Assembly: GCF_006345805.1 (NCBI RefSeq)
Contig: NC_043000.1
Location: 104,594,001-104,658,000, forward strand
DNA: 64,000 bases
From: Octopus sinensis
Lineage: Eukaryota
Reading direction: 5' to 3'
The notes beneath the pieces were generated by a model. It made no database searches, was not told the origin of the DNA, and worked only from the letters and a program-made list of their open reading frames with translations. A program made the translations under genes and the position numbers. Positions within the stretch are counted from its first letter, which is position 1. The number at the start of each line of letters is the position of its first letter. This document shows positions 1-11,626 of this stretch, in pieces.

Positions 1-690
1 CATGTAGTAGGGTCTAAGCTGCTTTTCCAGATAAGTCATCTCTCCATGTCGCATAGACTGCACCTTCCGCTGCCGTTGGTGTAGGGCTTACATTTGGCCA
101 ACATCTTCCAATGGATGTTATAATCGACACCTTTATCTTTTAAAGACCAAATATGATTAGATAATTTTGTCGCTTTTCTTTTGTTCCAGTGCCTAAAACT
201 CAAGGTGTGGTTATAGAACCTGACCTTGAAATTACCCTCTGTAAGGCCCACGTATTTCTTCGTCGAAACGGTGTCTTTAGTGGTTATAGAGTCCACGGTA
301 GCTTCATAGATGATGGTCTCGGACATGCAAGCTCCATTTAGCGGGCACAATTTTTTATTCCTGCATGAACAGCTGTTTTCTTGTGGTTTTTGTGTGTTAT
401 GTATGATTATACTTTTAAAATTGGTAGTAGAACTAAAACTAATTTTTAAATTGTGTTTATTGAAGAGTTTCCTATAAGTATGGTTAACTGGAAAATGTCT
501 ATCTATCAGTGTTAAGAAATATTTACCTATATTGAAGGTCACCTCGGGTGAGTAAGGGGGTGTAAACCAGATGATCTTCCTATTTCTATTTTTCCTCTTC
601 TTTACTGTTGGGCTAGTAACAGGTGTATATTTTATTTTTTCGCTAAAACCATTATCTTTTAAAGTCTTATTATAAACTGGGGCAACGCTA
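1..690 (-). mobile_element. 5'-truncated Penelope-like element ORF remnant: linker plus GIY-YIG endonuclease domain
   Basis: ORF 36..542 extends in frame upstream to ~690 (SVAPVYNKTLKDNGFSEKIKY...RNRKIIWFTPPYSPEV). It contains CSCRNKKLCPLNGAC, IIYEATV...KKYVGLTEGNFKVRFYNH and CSLC, typical of the PLE C-terminus. A single in-frame TGA at 36-38 is followed by further codons (LIWKSSLDPTT) running off the window. Confidence 0.9.
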
Positions 691-799
691 TGAGTGGGCA
701 GTTTTAGATGTGTGCGTGTGTGCGGGCATAAGAATGCACATATATATATAGACGTTTTTACTTAGTATTTTTCCAATTTTTCTTTGCAAAATGAATTAA

Positions 800-1199
800 A
801 TTCTAAATTGCGCTCAGAATTTTTCCATCGTCTAGGCCTAAAGAAAGCTCTAAATGTTGGTTTCATTGTCCTGTTTTTATTCTTTATGTGTACTGTATTT
901 TTATTTGTATTGCTTTTACGTCCTTTTCTTGTCACTTTTTTTCTTTCCTTGTTTTACCCCTCTGCAAAAGAATTTTATTTAATTCATTTTGCAGGAAGGA
1001 CTGCTTCGACCGGATCGTGTTCTGTCCTTACCTTCGAAACACGCATTGAGTCGAACCAGGGACAGCTGATGAAGGAGAATATTCCTTGTATTGTTTGTCT
1101 TGTACTCTGTTTTTTTCGTTGGTAAAAAAGTTCGTTTCCTAGTTTGTTTTTATGTTTCGTTTCTCGTGTGTTCTATGTTTATTGTGGTGTCCTGTACTC

Positions 1200-1230
<31 letters not shown>

Positions 1231-1320
1231 TATATATATATGCATGTATATATACATATGATGTAGTACGTACATATATGTATGTATGTATGCATATATT
1301 TTATTTATTAAATTGTTATT
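800..1320 (+). mobile_element. PLE pseudo-LTR / 3' terminal repeat, copy 1
   Basis: Direct repeat of 1605-2121 (offset 805 bp) and homologous to 60645-61130. Begins with LNSKLRSEFFHR-like codons resembling the PLE ORF end (LNxRSE motif), then a T-rich tract, a ribozyme-like motif and an (AT)n tail. Opposite orientation to the adjacent GIY-YIG fragment. Confidence 0.7.
1001..1077 (+). ncRNA. Candidate non-circularly permuted hammerhead ribozyme, copy 1
   Basis: CGTGT(1016-20)-T(1021)-CTGTCC(1022-27)-TTA-CCTTC(1031-35)-GAAACACG(1036-43)...GGACAG(1060-65)-CTGATGA(1066-72)-A-GGAG. Stems I (6 bp), II (4 bp) and III (5 bp) all pair, plus helix 1001-1010/1050-1059. Confidence 0.7.
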
Positions 1321-1604
1321 ATATGACTGAGCGCCCTCGCGTCGTTTCGTTTCTTTCCTCCAAGTAAGTTTTTATATATTAATTATGACGCGAACTCTCT
1401 AACCCTTTACTTGACCTTCCTTCCTTCCTGTCTGTCTTCCTCTCTGCCTGTCTCTCTCCTTCTTATTTTTCACCCTTTCTGGTTTCCTTTCCTCTCTATC
1501 TCTCACTCCTCCTCAACTCTCTCACTGCTGAGTGGACTACTAGCTTTCTTTTGCTCGTAGCTTTCTACAAGTCAACACCGACATTTTCTGTCTCTAGAAA
1601 GTCG

Positions 1605-2121
1605 ATTCTAAATTGCGCTCCGAATTTTTCCATCGTCTAGGGTTAAAGAAAGCCCTCAATTTTGGTTTCATTGTCCTGTTTTTATTCTTTATGTATACTG
1701 TATTTTTATTTGTATTGCTTTTACGTCCTGTTCTTGTCACTTTTTTTCTTTCCTTGTTTTACCACTCTGCCAAATAATTTTATTTAATTCATTTTGCAGG
1801 AAGGACTGCTTCGGCCTGATCGTGTTCTGTCCTTACCTTCGAAACAAGCATTGAGTCGAACCAGGGACAGCTGATGAAGGGGAATATTCCTTGTATTGTT
1901 TGTCTTGTACTCTGTTTTTTTCGTTGTTAAAAAAGTCCGTTTCCTAGTTTGTTTTTATGTTTTCGTTTCTCGTTGTGTTCTACGTTTATTTGTGGTGTCC
2001 TGTACTCATATATATATATATATAATATATATATATATGCATGTATATATATATATATATATGTGTTGGTACGTACATATATGTATGTATGTATGCATAT
2101 ATTTTATTTATTAATTGTTAT
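1605..2121 (+). mobile_element. PLE pseudo-LTR / 3' terminal repeat, copy 2
   Basis: Near-identical direct repeat of 800-1320. Confidence 0.7.
1806..1882 (+). ncRNA. Candidate non-circularly permuted hammerhead ribozyme, copy 2
   Basis: Same layout as copy 1 with an intact CTGATGA/GAAA core. One stem III mismatch (GAAACAAG). Confidence 0.65.
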
Positions 2122-2146
2122 GTATATATATATGTATGTAAATATG

Positions 2147-2194
<48 letters not shown>

Positions 2195-2289
2195 ATATTA
2201 TATATATATATATATGCGTGCACACACATACACACGCGCGCGCACGCAGCACACATACACACATAATACACACACACACACTGCCTTTC

Positions 2290-3374
2290 GCCATTTTTGA
2301 GACAAATTCATGATCCGATTCTCCTAGAACTTGGTATTTTCTGGGCCATGAACTGATCTAAGTGGTTTTTACAGACTTTCAAAGAATTGAAGTTCTTCTT
2401 ATTAAGAGAATTTTGTCGGGATCGAAATAAATGGTAATCCGAGGGTGTAAAGTGAGGTGAGTACATCGGGTGTGAAAGAACATCCAACCAAGTTGTACCA
2501 ATTTTTACCGGGTTTGCAACGAATACGAGGTGTAGAGTTGTCCTGAAAGAATATGACATCCTTTCGATTGGCCAGTTCTGGACGTTCTCTATTGATTTTG
2601 AAAACAATAATTGCCTGAATTCAACATCTTATTTTGCAGTAGGAACTCGTAACATACAATGTCCTTCCAGTCCCACCAGATTCCAAGTATCACCTATTTC
2701 AGATGCTGACTGGCTTTTGAAATGATTATTTCGTTTTCTTCAGAACCTTTTATGTTTCCCATTGTAAACGATCCATTTTTCATGATTATTCTTTTTAGAA
2801 AAATGAGTTGTTTTGTCGTAGATGGGAATGCGGTTCATTAAACTTTTTTCAGTTAATTTACGAGGCACCCAAGCATCATAATGATTCACGCATAGAAGTG
2901 ATCTTAAATTCCTCATAACGCACATGAGATATGTGGTGTATCTCATGTCGTATAACCTGGATTATTTTTGATTAGCGTTTCAATTTGCTCATTATCAACG
3001 ACTCTAGGCCTCTCGGAATATTCACATCATAGTCTTCTAAATCAGAACTTTCTTTTCTAAGCCTAGCGAACTGTCAATGAACAATCCTCTCAGCTATGTC
3101 ACCATATCCATAAACAGAAGATATTTTTGTCATATGTATAGCGTTTTTGTTTTCCTTTTCGGAAATAAAAGAGTATCAAATGAAGAAAATGTATCTCATT
3201 TTCATTCATTTTCACTTTTAATGTAGAAGCAATCGAAATAAACTATCCACACAGGCGTGTTGAAATGTCACCTTTCAGAAAATATATATATATGTCATAT
3301 GAGAAATGATATAATGTCTTCAAACGCTTCCAATTAAATCAAAAAACGACATAAACTTTTGTTCAAACCCAGTA
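2290..3374 (-). mobile_element. Degenerate mariner (Tc1/mariner) transposon, 3'-truncated
   Basis: Minus-strand fragments WVPRKLTEK, EKWIVYN and LSHPMYSPHFTPSDYHLFRSRQNSL match the mariner motifs WVPHEL, DEKW and HPPYSPDLAPSDY. TIR-like end TA|TACTGGGTTTGAAC at 3374. Confidence 0.85.
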
Positions 3375-3789
3375 TAGGCGTGTGTGTGTGTGTAAGTGTG
3401 TATATTTACATATACGTATGTGCATTTGTGTAAGCATGTATATAAGCTTTCGATTGTCTGTATGCCTATTTTATTACATTTTCTGGCAAGTTAATTTTTC
3501 ATTGATTTTTAAAAATTATTATCTATCTTTTCTTTAAATTGAGGCAACAGAAATTTGTAAACGGCAGGAAAATGTGTACTGGATAAAATTAACTCTGCTC
3601 TCTAAAACGAAAAAAAAAAAAAAAAAAAAATGCCCCAGCAAATAAATGAATAAATGAATGCATACATACATACATACTGACAGACAGACAGACACTTAGA
3701 GATAGTGAAAAAGCAAGCAAAATGAGTAAATCCATACAGTGTAATAAACATTAAAAAAAATTCATGAAGAGAGTAATATTGACATGAAC

Positions 3790-4470
3790 GAAGCTTTCCT
3801 TAGACTCGAGACCGCTACATAACATCACACGTCGAAGGTTATGCATTAGCAATTCAGGACACGAGATTGCTACAAAATACCTAATAAACAAAAAAGACAG
3901 TGAAGCCCCCGGAGCTTTAAGATGCAACCGAAAATGAAAATTATGTCATATTTCTGTGGAAGATATTACTTATGAGATAAGCAGCTTTCCCAGTACGACA
4001 CGACGTTGTCTTAAAAACAATATTCAATGTTCTGAAATAAATATAGAGAGTTACCTTTTATTGAGTTCATACACAAACATCAACACAAGGAATGTTGGTG
4101 GAACTTTCCCATCAAAATATCTGTTAAGTGTAAACATAACAGGCCGGATATTGTTGTTTGGGACGGGCAAGAAAATGTATACACCGTCATAGACGTCAGC
4201 TGTCCTGCTGATGTGAATATCTCAAACCGAAGATAAAGACGATGACTATGTACAACTGCTTCGAAACTTCCAGCTTCTATATCCAGATTATAATTTCACA
4301 TTAATACCAATAATAATTGGTGCTCTTGGTTTTGTGAATAAATGCTTAAGTGATAATCTGGATAAGCGAGGATTTTCAGAAAAAGAAATCAACCAACTAA
4401 CTTGCACATTAAAAACACAACTTGTTTGTAAATGGAACAGTAAAAATATGCAAGACTTTTCTCAAGTTTA
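3790..4470 (+). mobile_element. 3' fragment of RLE-type non-LTR retrotransposon (R4/NeSL-like): zinc knuckle plus restriction-like endonuclease
   Basis: Broken frames give LAIQD, VEDIT..SS...RHDVV, CKHNRPDIVVWDG..VIDVSCPADVNI and IPIIIGALG. Confidence 0.8.
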
Positions 4471-4569
4471 AAATGTCACATTGTTTTTGTTGTTTTACAT
4501 TCCAGCGATTGAGCTTTGTATCTTTGTTAGAAACGAGCTCCTTCCTCAGAGGAAGATTTCTAATAATGA

Positions 4570-5124
4570 AAACAGAACACACACACAGAAATACACAAAT
4601 GTACACATATATATGGATACATACATTCACACACAAAGACACAGACACAGACACAAACACACACGCACACGCACACACAGACACACACACACACACACGC
4701 ACATACATACATTTGTATTTGGTTTGAATGTATGACTAAATTCCACGTGTTGATACCGTTATTGTTATTATGTTTAATGAACTGATAAAATCATGAAAAG
4801 GAATGATTTTACGCACCGAGATGAATGAACAGGGTGGAGACGCAACAGTTGAGATGTTAGAAGAACGCATATAAATATAGGGAGATAGGGAGACCGGGCG
4901 ACTGGGAGGGAGAGAGGTTTGGAGAAAACAGCGAAAAGCTGAGCAGTTGGAACGAGATGAAAAGTGAGGAAAATGGAAACAGGAAGATATGGGGATGGAG
5001 AAGCAAAAAAGGCGCTTAGTGATAGTGAAAGTAGAAAGAAAACCGACTAAATTCACACTGTGAAATAAATAGCTAGACACAGGTAGATTTTGTATGTCCG
5101 CATAATATGTTTGCATGTGTATTG

Positions 5125-5186
<62 letters not shown>

Positions 5187-5532
5187 TGTGTGCGCGTGTG
5201 TACACACACACACATACATACATACATATATGTGAGTACAGAGAGAGTAAGAGAAAGAGAGGGAGAGAGAGATGGTAGGGTGTCCTTAATAGAAAGAAAG
5301 ATGTTTGTACAGCAATAGATTCAGAATGATCGCAGAAATAGAAAGAGAGAAGGGGAGAAAAAAAGGGGAGTTTGAAGGGAGTGGTGTACGGGGAAAAATA
5401 ATGAGAAAAAGGCACAAAACAGGTGAACATGCAGCGCAATGAATATCATGCATGGATGCATAAGCGTATACACACGCACATACATACACACACGCACGCG
5501 CGCACACACACACACACACACACATACACACA

Positions 5533-5570
<38 letters not shown>

Positions 5571-5680
5571 GAAATGATAGATCGATAGATGTAGAAATAT
5601 AATTCTGCCCTATAAAGTGGTATATGAATACAGGAAATGGCAAAATGAAAGTAAGGAATGACAATAAAATATATCAAAAG

Positions 5681-5779
<99 letters not shown>

Positions 5780-5784
5780 GTATG

Positions 5785-5834
<50 letters not shown>

Positions 5835-5922
5835 AATAATATTATATGTATATATTTATATTTATGCATATATTATATTTGTATATATATATACATACAT
5901 ATATATATATATATGTATATAC

Positions 5923-5967
<45 letters not shown>

Positions 5968-6130
5968 TATATATATTATGTATGTATATATATATATATA
6001 TACATATACATACATATATATATGTATGTATATACATACATACATACATATATATATAATATATATATATGAACATCAAAATGCATACGCATTAATGTAA
6101 TATGTAATAATTACACACACACGCACACAT
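4570..6130. repeat. Compound microsatellite field (AC)n/(AT)n/(AG)n
   Basis: Directly visible; it generates the spurious YI/HT/CV ORFs. Confidence 0.95.
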
Positions 6131-6392
6131 GCATGCACACATTAACACATTATTTGCTTCCTTGCTTGAAATCATCATCAGTCACAATACGAATGGAGTA
6201 AGCTCAATATATCGGCGTGAATTCGGAAATAGATTAGGAAAGCAAAATGAAAAATAAAGTATGCTCGTGGCATGAGAAATTCCGGGCTGTAATGTTTGTC
6301 GCTACCACTCTCAAGGACGAACTAGCTAACAAGCTTACGAAAGTATTACACAAAACAAGAGAATATATTCATTAAGTCATTAATTATTAGGT

Positions 6393-6593
6393 CACTAGCT
6401 GTCACCCGTGCCATCGAAAATGACGGCTAACTGTAGTATTTTATATGTAAATAAGGTACAAAATAATCACAGATACAAACATTCACACAATTCCCTTCTA
6501 CACGTACACGCATACACGTATATACTCACAGAGAGCTGAAACGCTGTTTGATTTTTCTTTTCGGCGTTGAATGTTCACCATTCTACTTCCATT

Positions 6594-6656
<63 letters not shown>

Positions 6657-6860
6657 TGTTCACTTGACTCCCTTTTACACACAGACACACATATACTCAC
6701 GCAGAGTTGAAACGCTGTTTGATTTTTTCACCGTAGAACTTCCATCATCCCACTACCAAGTTTACCATCACCCCTTCCTTCCTTATTCATCCATCACCCC
6801 TTCCTTTCTCATTCATATATTGTGACGGAGAAATACACAAGAGTATTATCATAGTAGATA
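6393..6860 (+). mobile_element. Helentron/Helitron-associated non-autonomous element (HINE-like)
   Basis: Starts ACTAGCTGTCACCCGTG with a subterminal inverted pair TAGCTGTCA/TGACGGCTA. Has an internal (AC)n and a short internal duplication, and ends in ...ATAGTAGAT. Confidence 0.4.
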
Positions 6861-7363
6861 GCCATTTAGAAAAAAGCTCCCAGTTAACCTACAAATTGAC
6901 TAAAAATATTAGCAATATGGTATGCAGCACAGGACGCATAAAACGGCAATGTGGGAGTGCCACAACAACCTACACAGGAGAAGTAGTCTGTAGTATAGGT
7001 GAAAAGTTAGAAGAACATGCTTGAGTGCAAAGGAAAGCGATCAGCATCTATCAGTATATTCTATCTAGATGCAATAGATAAATTCGTCAGATCGTTTACA
7101 ACGTCGAAGTATAAGTCTTTTCCATGCACTCTGACTATCTAACGTTCAGGCACGGCATCGAGATTGTGTAGAAGCTAAAGGCAGAATTCTGACCCACATA
7201 TTTGACTAACAGAAAATAATAATGAGCAGAGTAAGAAGAAACTCATTACTACTACAAAAGCACGCTCTAAACATAAACACTCCTCCTCATCTATGCACTT
7301 GTAGCAACGTCATTATTGTCCTCGTCGTCGTCGTCATCATCATCATCGTTATTATTATTATGA

Positions 7364-7570
7364 AGGCGCATGGCCTAGTGGTTATGGTATTGTACTCAGG
7401 ATCGCGAGATCGTGCTTTCAATTCCTAGACCGCGTAGTGCGTAGTGGTCTTGAGCAAAACACTTTATCTCACACAGCTCTGCGATCACTTCGACACCTGA
7501 CAGGTTGATAGAGGGGGTGAGCTAATGCACGGCACATACATTTGATCACTATAAACAAATCATTTGTGCG
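7364..7570 (+). mobile_element. tRNA-derived SINE
   Basis: A-box-like TGGCCTAGTGG, B-box-like TTCAATTCC, then the conserved TTGAGCAAAACACTTTA core. Confidence 0.7.
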
Positions 7571-7619
7571 GTAAAAGCGGAACACTCATACGTCGTCTTC
7601 GACGTGAGAGTCCATCATC

Positions 7620-7825
<206 letters not shown>

Positions 7826-7829
7826 ATAC

Positions 7830-8580
7830 TCGAATGTCCACAAAATCATATATACATTTTAATGCCCATAGGACAGACTATAAAAAAAGCTTTTCGTAGC
7901 CTACCACATAGCTGGATTAAGAAATGTCTGGAAATGTATAAAATAGCTCCTACTCTGCGAAACTTTTTGTCTGTAAGTATGAGATCATGAAGAACCACCC
8001 TGACTTTGAACAATGACAATGAATCTATTAATACTGGAGATGTAAGAATTTCATGTGGCATTTTCCAGGGTGACTCACTATCACCACTCCTCTTTTGTTT
8101 AGCCTTAATACCTCTCTCAAAAGTGTTTGATAAAAATATAAATCATCTCATTTACATGGATGATTTAAAGCTCTGTGCAAAAAATGACCAACGACTCAAG
8201 GGCTTACTAGCGATTGTTAAACAATTCAGTGATGACATCAGGATGCAATTTGGTCTCGATCAATGTGCAAAAGCTACCTTTATCAAAGGAAAAATGACAG
8301 AATCATCTAACGTTAACCTTGACCAGCAGAATGTCATAAAAGAGTTAGAACCAGCGGAGAGCTACAAATACCTAGGAGTATTTGAAGGGGAGAAAATCAA
8401 GCATTCAATGATGAGGGAAAGGATTAGAAGAGAATGTTATCGCAGGGTGAGAGCAATACTCAAGACAGAGCTGAATGCAAGAAACAGGATCGAAGCGATC
8501 AATACTTTAGCCATACCAGTCTTGACTTACAGTTTCAATATCTTTAACTGGCCCATTACTGAAATATGTTATCTTGATCA
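7830..8580 (+). mobile_element. Reverse transcriptase fragment of RLE-type LINE
   Basis: ORF 8006..8656 has GIFQGDSLSPLLFCLAL, HLIYMDDLKL, MQFGLDQCAK and YKYLGV. Upstream frame gives DYKKAF..LPHSWI. Homology ends near 8580. Confidence 0.92.
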
Positions 8581-8939
8581 AGAAATGCTGGGTTGTCGTC
8601 CGGTGGAGTTAAAACCGTGTCTCATGACCGGGAGCGGGGACTTTAACCTTCTTTGATGATCATCAAATTGATGGAGTAACAAAAATATGCTCGTGGGAAG
8701 GAAACCCAATATGAAGCTAACACATTAGTGAAATTATGCAAAACAATGATTCAAATAACGGTGAAAACGGGACTGGAACCAGAAAGGAAGTTACTTCCCC
8801 TTATAGGAGCCCCACTATGCAGCAAAGTGAGCCCGGTCATATTCCTAGCTAGCTGCTGGCTGAAAAAAAGCGACAGAAGTGGAGAAAACAAGTAAACCCT
8901 GTTATTGTAAAGTGTTATTATTATTATTAGTAGATGGCA

Positions 8940-9002
8940 TAGAGTGGGATCGAATCCAGGACTCCGTGATTAATAAGAGAACTTCTTAACCATTCAGCAA
9001 CG
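8940..9002 (-). mobile_element. Degenerate tRNA-like SINE head
   Basis: Reverse complement CGTTGCTGAATGGTTAAG...GGATTCGATCCCAC has A/B-box-like motifs. Confidence 0.45.
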
Positions 9003-9653
9003 TTGCGTTAATTACAATCTAACCGTTCTAAGATGAATAGTACTCTAGTCACTTACCAGCTCAACTTTTCAGACAGCAGGTGTTGTTTAAAAAAATAGTT
9101 AGTTGCTCTATCTAGCCGGTCGAATAACAGCATAATGCTCCCTGGTTTGCTCATTCTACAGAAATATAAAATAAATTTAGAAGCGAAATGGCCAAAGAAA
9201 TAGCATTTGACGCCGAGCACATAACGTATCTCTGGAGTTCACTTCCACAATAGTTTATATTTGAATAATATGCTTAATAACAGGGTCCCACATATGTAAT
9301 ATAGTAAATTGAAATACTTTGATCAACTGAAGTAATCTAAGTAATTAGCTAACAAAAATTTCCCCCTGGGAATATTTAAAATCTAAAAGCAACAAGGTAG
9401 AGAGATAACTCCGATAAACTCTGTTAATTGAATTTTTGATCAATATAGACAGAATTCAGACAAATTGGAGTTGATATGGTATTTAAAGCCAACCGGTGAA
9501 AGAAGCGGACATGTTTCGGTTGTATTAAGCTCCTCAATGAAGTATACTCTAATCAATTAGCAAGATTGCAAGTGATAATGTATATAGAAATAGAATGAAT
9601 GTAGTATCCCTGGTTATGAATATCAACAACATGGCTGAGAGAGATTTGTAGGA

Positions 9654-10066
9654 TGTGGATTTGGCACTGGTTGGGTGCTTCACATTTCCTTACATAGTTG
9701 TAGAAAGGAAAAATAGCAGGAACAAGAATCTCCGAACAAATAACAATAATAATTTATTTTCGCCGAAATAAACATTTCATCTCTGGACATCGGTAGCCTG
9801 GACGCTTGGGATTGGAAACAGCAGAGTCAGTTTAATCACAATTGTTGAAGGCATTCTTCACAGTTCGCCAAGTCGTATTCGCCTTCACACGGAGCTTGTC
9901 TGGTCGCGTCTAGCTCCGTTGCCGGCAGGAGCAAAAGAGAGAGAATAGCGGTCTTACCTAGCTGCATGTACATAAGGGACTTCCGGCAGGCCTTCCAGAA
10001 GACACTAATCCTTGCGCATGCGCAGATAAAAATCCAAAATGGTGTCTGGAACCTGGCGTCACCACA
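9654..10066 (-). mobile_element. LTR (3' LTR of Gypsy-like element)
   Basis: On the minus strand it begins TGTGGTGACG right after a purine tract (GAGGGAGAG, PPT-like) and ends CCACA, giving TGTGG...CCACA inverted termini, 413 bp. Confidence 0.65.
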
Positions 10067-10301
10067 AGACTCTCCCTCGAGTGCGGTGCACGAAAATATA
10101 AAGATTGTAGTGACGCAAGAAACAAGATGGCTACCGGTCACCCACAAGATGTGGCACAAAAAAAAATGTAATCACAATATAAATGAGCATGCACAAAAAA
10201 AAAAAAATTACAAAATTTACAAAATGTTCAATAAAAAAACATTGACAATGTCCAGTACACAAACGAACACGTGTCTGTCACAGGAAACACAATAGAGAAT
10301 G

Positions 10302-10900
10302 TCAAATATGAATAGTCTTTGCAAGTTTCTTGGGCCAGTGAACAGTTCGGCCAGTCCTGGTGACATAGGGTCTGCTCGAGGCAGGTTGCAACGACGAAGG
10401 TGGTGTTGTAGGTGCTGGTGTTGCCAAAGGTGCATGTGTGGGTGATGGTGTTGGCAAAGGTGCATGTGACAATTTACGAAATAGAGAAGCTTCAAACTGG
10501 CGTCTGCGATCAGTAGTTAATCTGGACCGAACTCCAAAGCGGGAAATCCAATTAGAGACAAAAGCTTGAGCAACAGATTCAACAGAAATGTCTGCTATTG
10601 GAATGGCTTCTGGCAAACGGGAGAAACGATCGACTCAGGTCAAGATATAAGAGAACCCGCGACTCGCAGGCCATGGTCCAACCAGATCAATGTGGACATG
10701 GCGAGAACGGGCCTCTGGAGGAGAAAACTGTGGATTTTAGAACGCTGACATTTTACACAAGAGCGTACCGAATCGGTGATCATCCGGCGCATATTAGGCC
10801 AGAAAAACCGAGCCGTAATAAACCTCACCGAGGCAGCGATGCCAGGATGTAACAGTGAATGCAAAGCTGAGGCAGTGTGCCGGATTGCAGAATATGTACA
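10302..10900 (-). pseudogene. Ty3/Gypsy integrase remnant (frameshifted, internally deleted)
   Basis: HHCC finger HSLLHPGIAASVRFITARFFWPNM...SCVKCQRSK; after a frameshift HVHIDLVGP...VDRFSR.PEAIPIADISVESVAQAFVSNWISRFGV...TTDRRRQFE; C-terminal TRTGRTVHWP. Confidence 0.9.
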
Positions 10901-11115
10901 AAACATACATGAAAAGGCAAAGGTTAAAACAAAGTTCTGAGACACAGAATGTCTGACATGCAAATGTGATAACAGCTGTCCAGGAAACTGGAAATCACAG
11001 GATGCAAGAGTCAAAGTGTTTGAAATGCAATGTTGGCTACTGAGACATGAGTACTACCAAGTATTTATCTGCAAGGGCAATGAGTCGCTTGCAGTGGAAA
11101 CAAAATTGTTGTTAG

Positions 11116-11602
11116 TCCGCAAGAGCGGTAGGTCGTTTGCAGAGGCTAGGTTTGTAAGCCTGCAAGAGCGGTGGGTCGCTTGCAGAGGCTAGGTTTGTAA
11201 GCCTGCAAGAGCGGTAGGTCGCTTGCAGAGGCTAGGGTTGTGAGCCTGCAAGAGCGGTGGGTCGCTTGCAGAGGCTAGGGTTGTGAGCCTGCAAGAGCGG
11301 TGGATCGCTCGCAGAAGCTAGGGTTGTAAGCCTGCAAGAGCGGTAGGTCGCTTGCAGAGGCTAGGGTTGTAAGCCTGCAAGAGCGGTAGGTCGCTTGCAG
11401 AGGCTAAGGTTGTGAGCCTGCAAGAGCGGTGGGTCGCTTGCAGAGGCTAGGGTTGTAAGCCTGCAAGAGCGGTAGGTCGCTTGCAGAGGCTAAGGTTGTG
11501 AGCCTGCAAGAGCGGTGGGTCGCTTGCAGAGGCTAGGGTTGTAAGCCTGCAAGAGCGGTAGGTCGCTTGCAGAGGCTAGGGTTGTAAGCCTGCAAGAGTG
11601 GT
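11116..11602. repeat. 43-bp tandem array (11 copies plus a partial), each with an internal hairpin
   Basis: Unit CCTGCAAGAGCGGT(A/G)GGTCGCTTGCAGAGGCTAGGGTTGT(A/G)AG, with starts at 11159, 11202, 11245 ... 11589. Confidence 0.97.
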
Positions 11603-11626
11603 AAGAAAACGACTACAATATTAAGA

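Noticed and set aside
4409-6079. Many long ORFs rich in YI/HT/CV (also at 19336, 21783, 37591, 47840, 54634, 56504 and elsewhere)
   Set aside because: They are translations of di- and trinucleotide microsatellites.
6900-7100. GIY-YIG-like peptide (CGSATTTYTGE...LEEH) and a minus-strand CTGACGA near 7085
   Set aside because: The peptide match is short with broken frames, and the putative hammerhead has GAAT instead of GAAA and no stem I.
11116-11602. Palindromic repeat array resembling CRISPR
   Set aside because: Units are contiguous with no unique spacers, no cas genes are present, and the context is eukaryotic.
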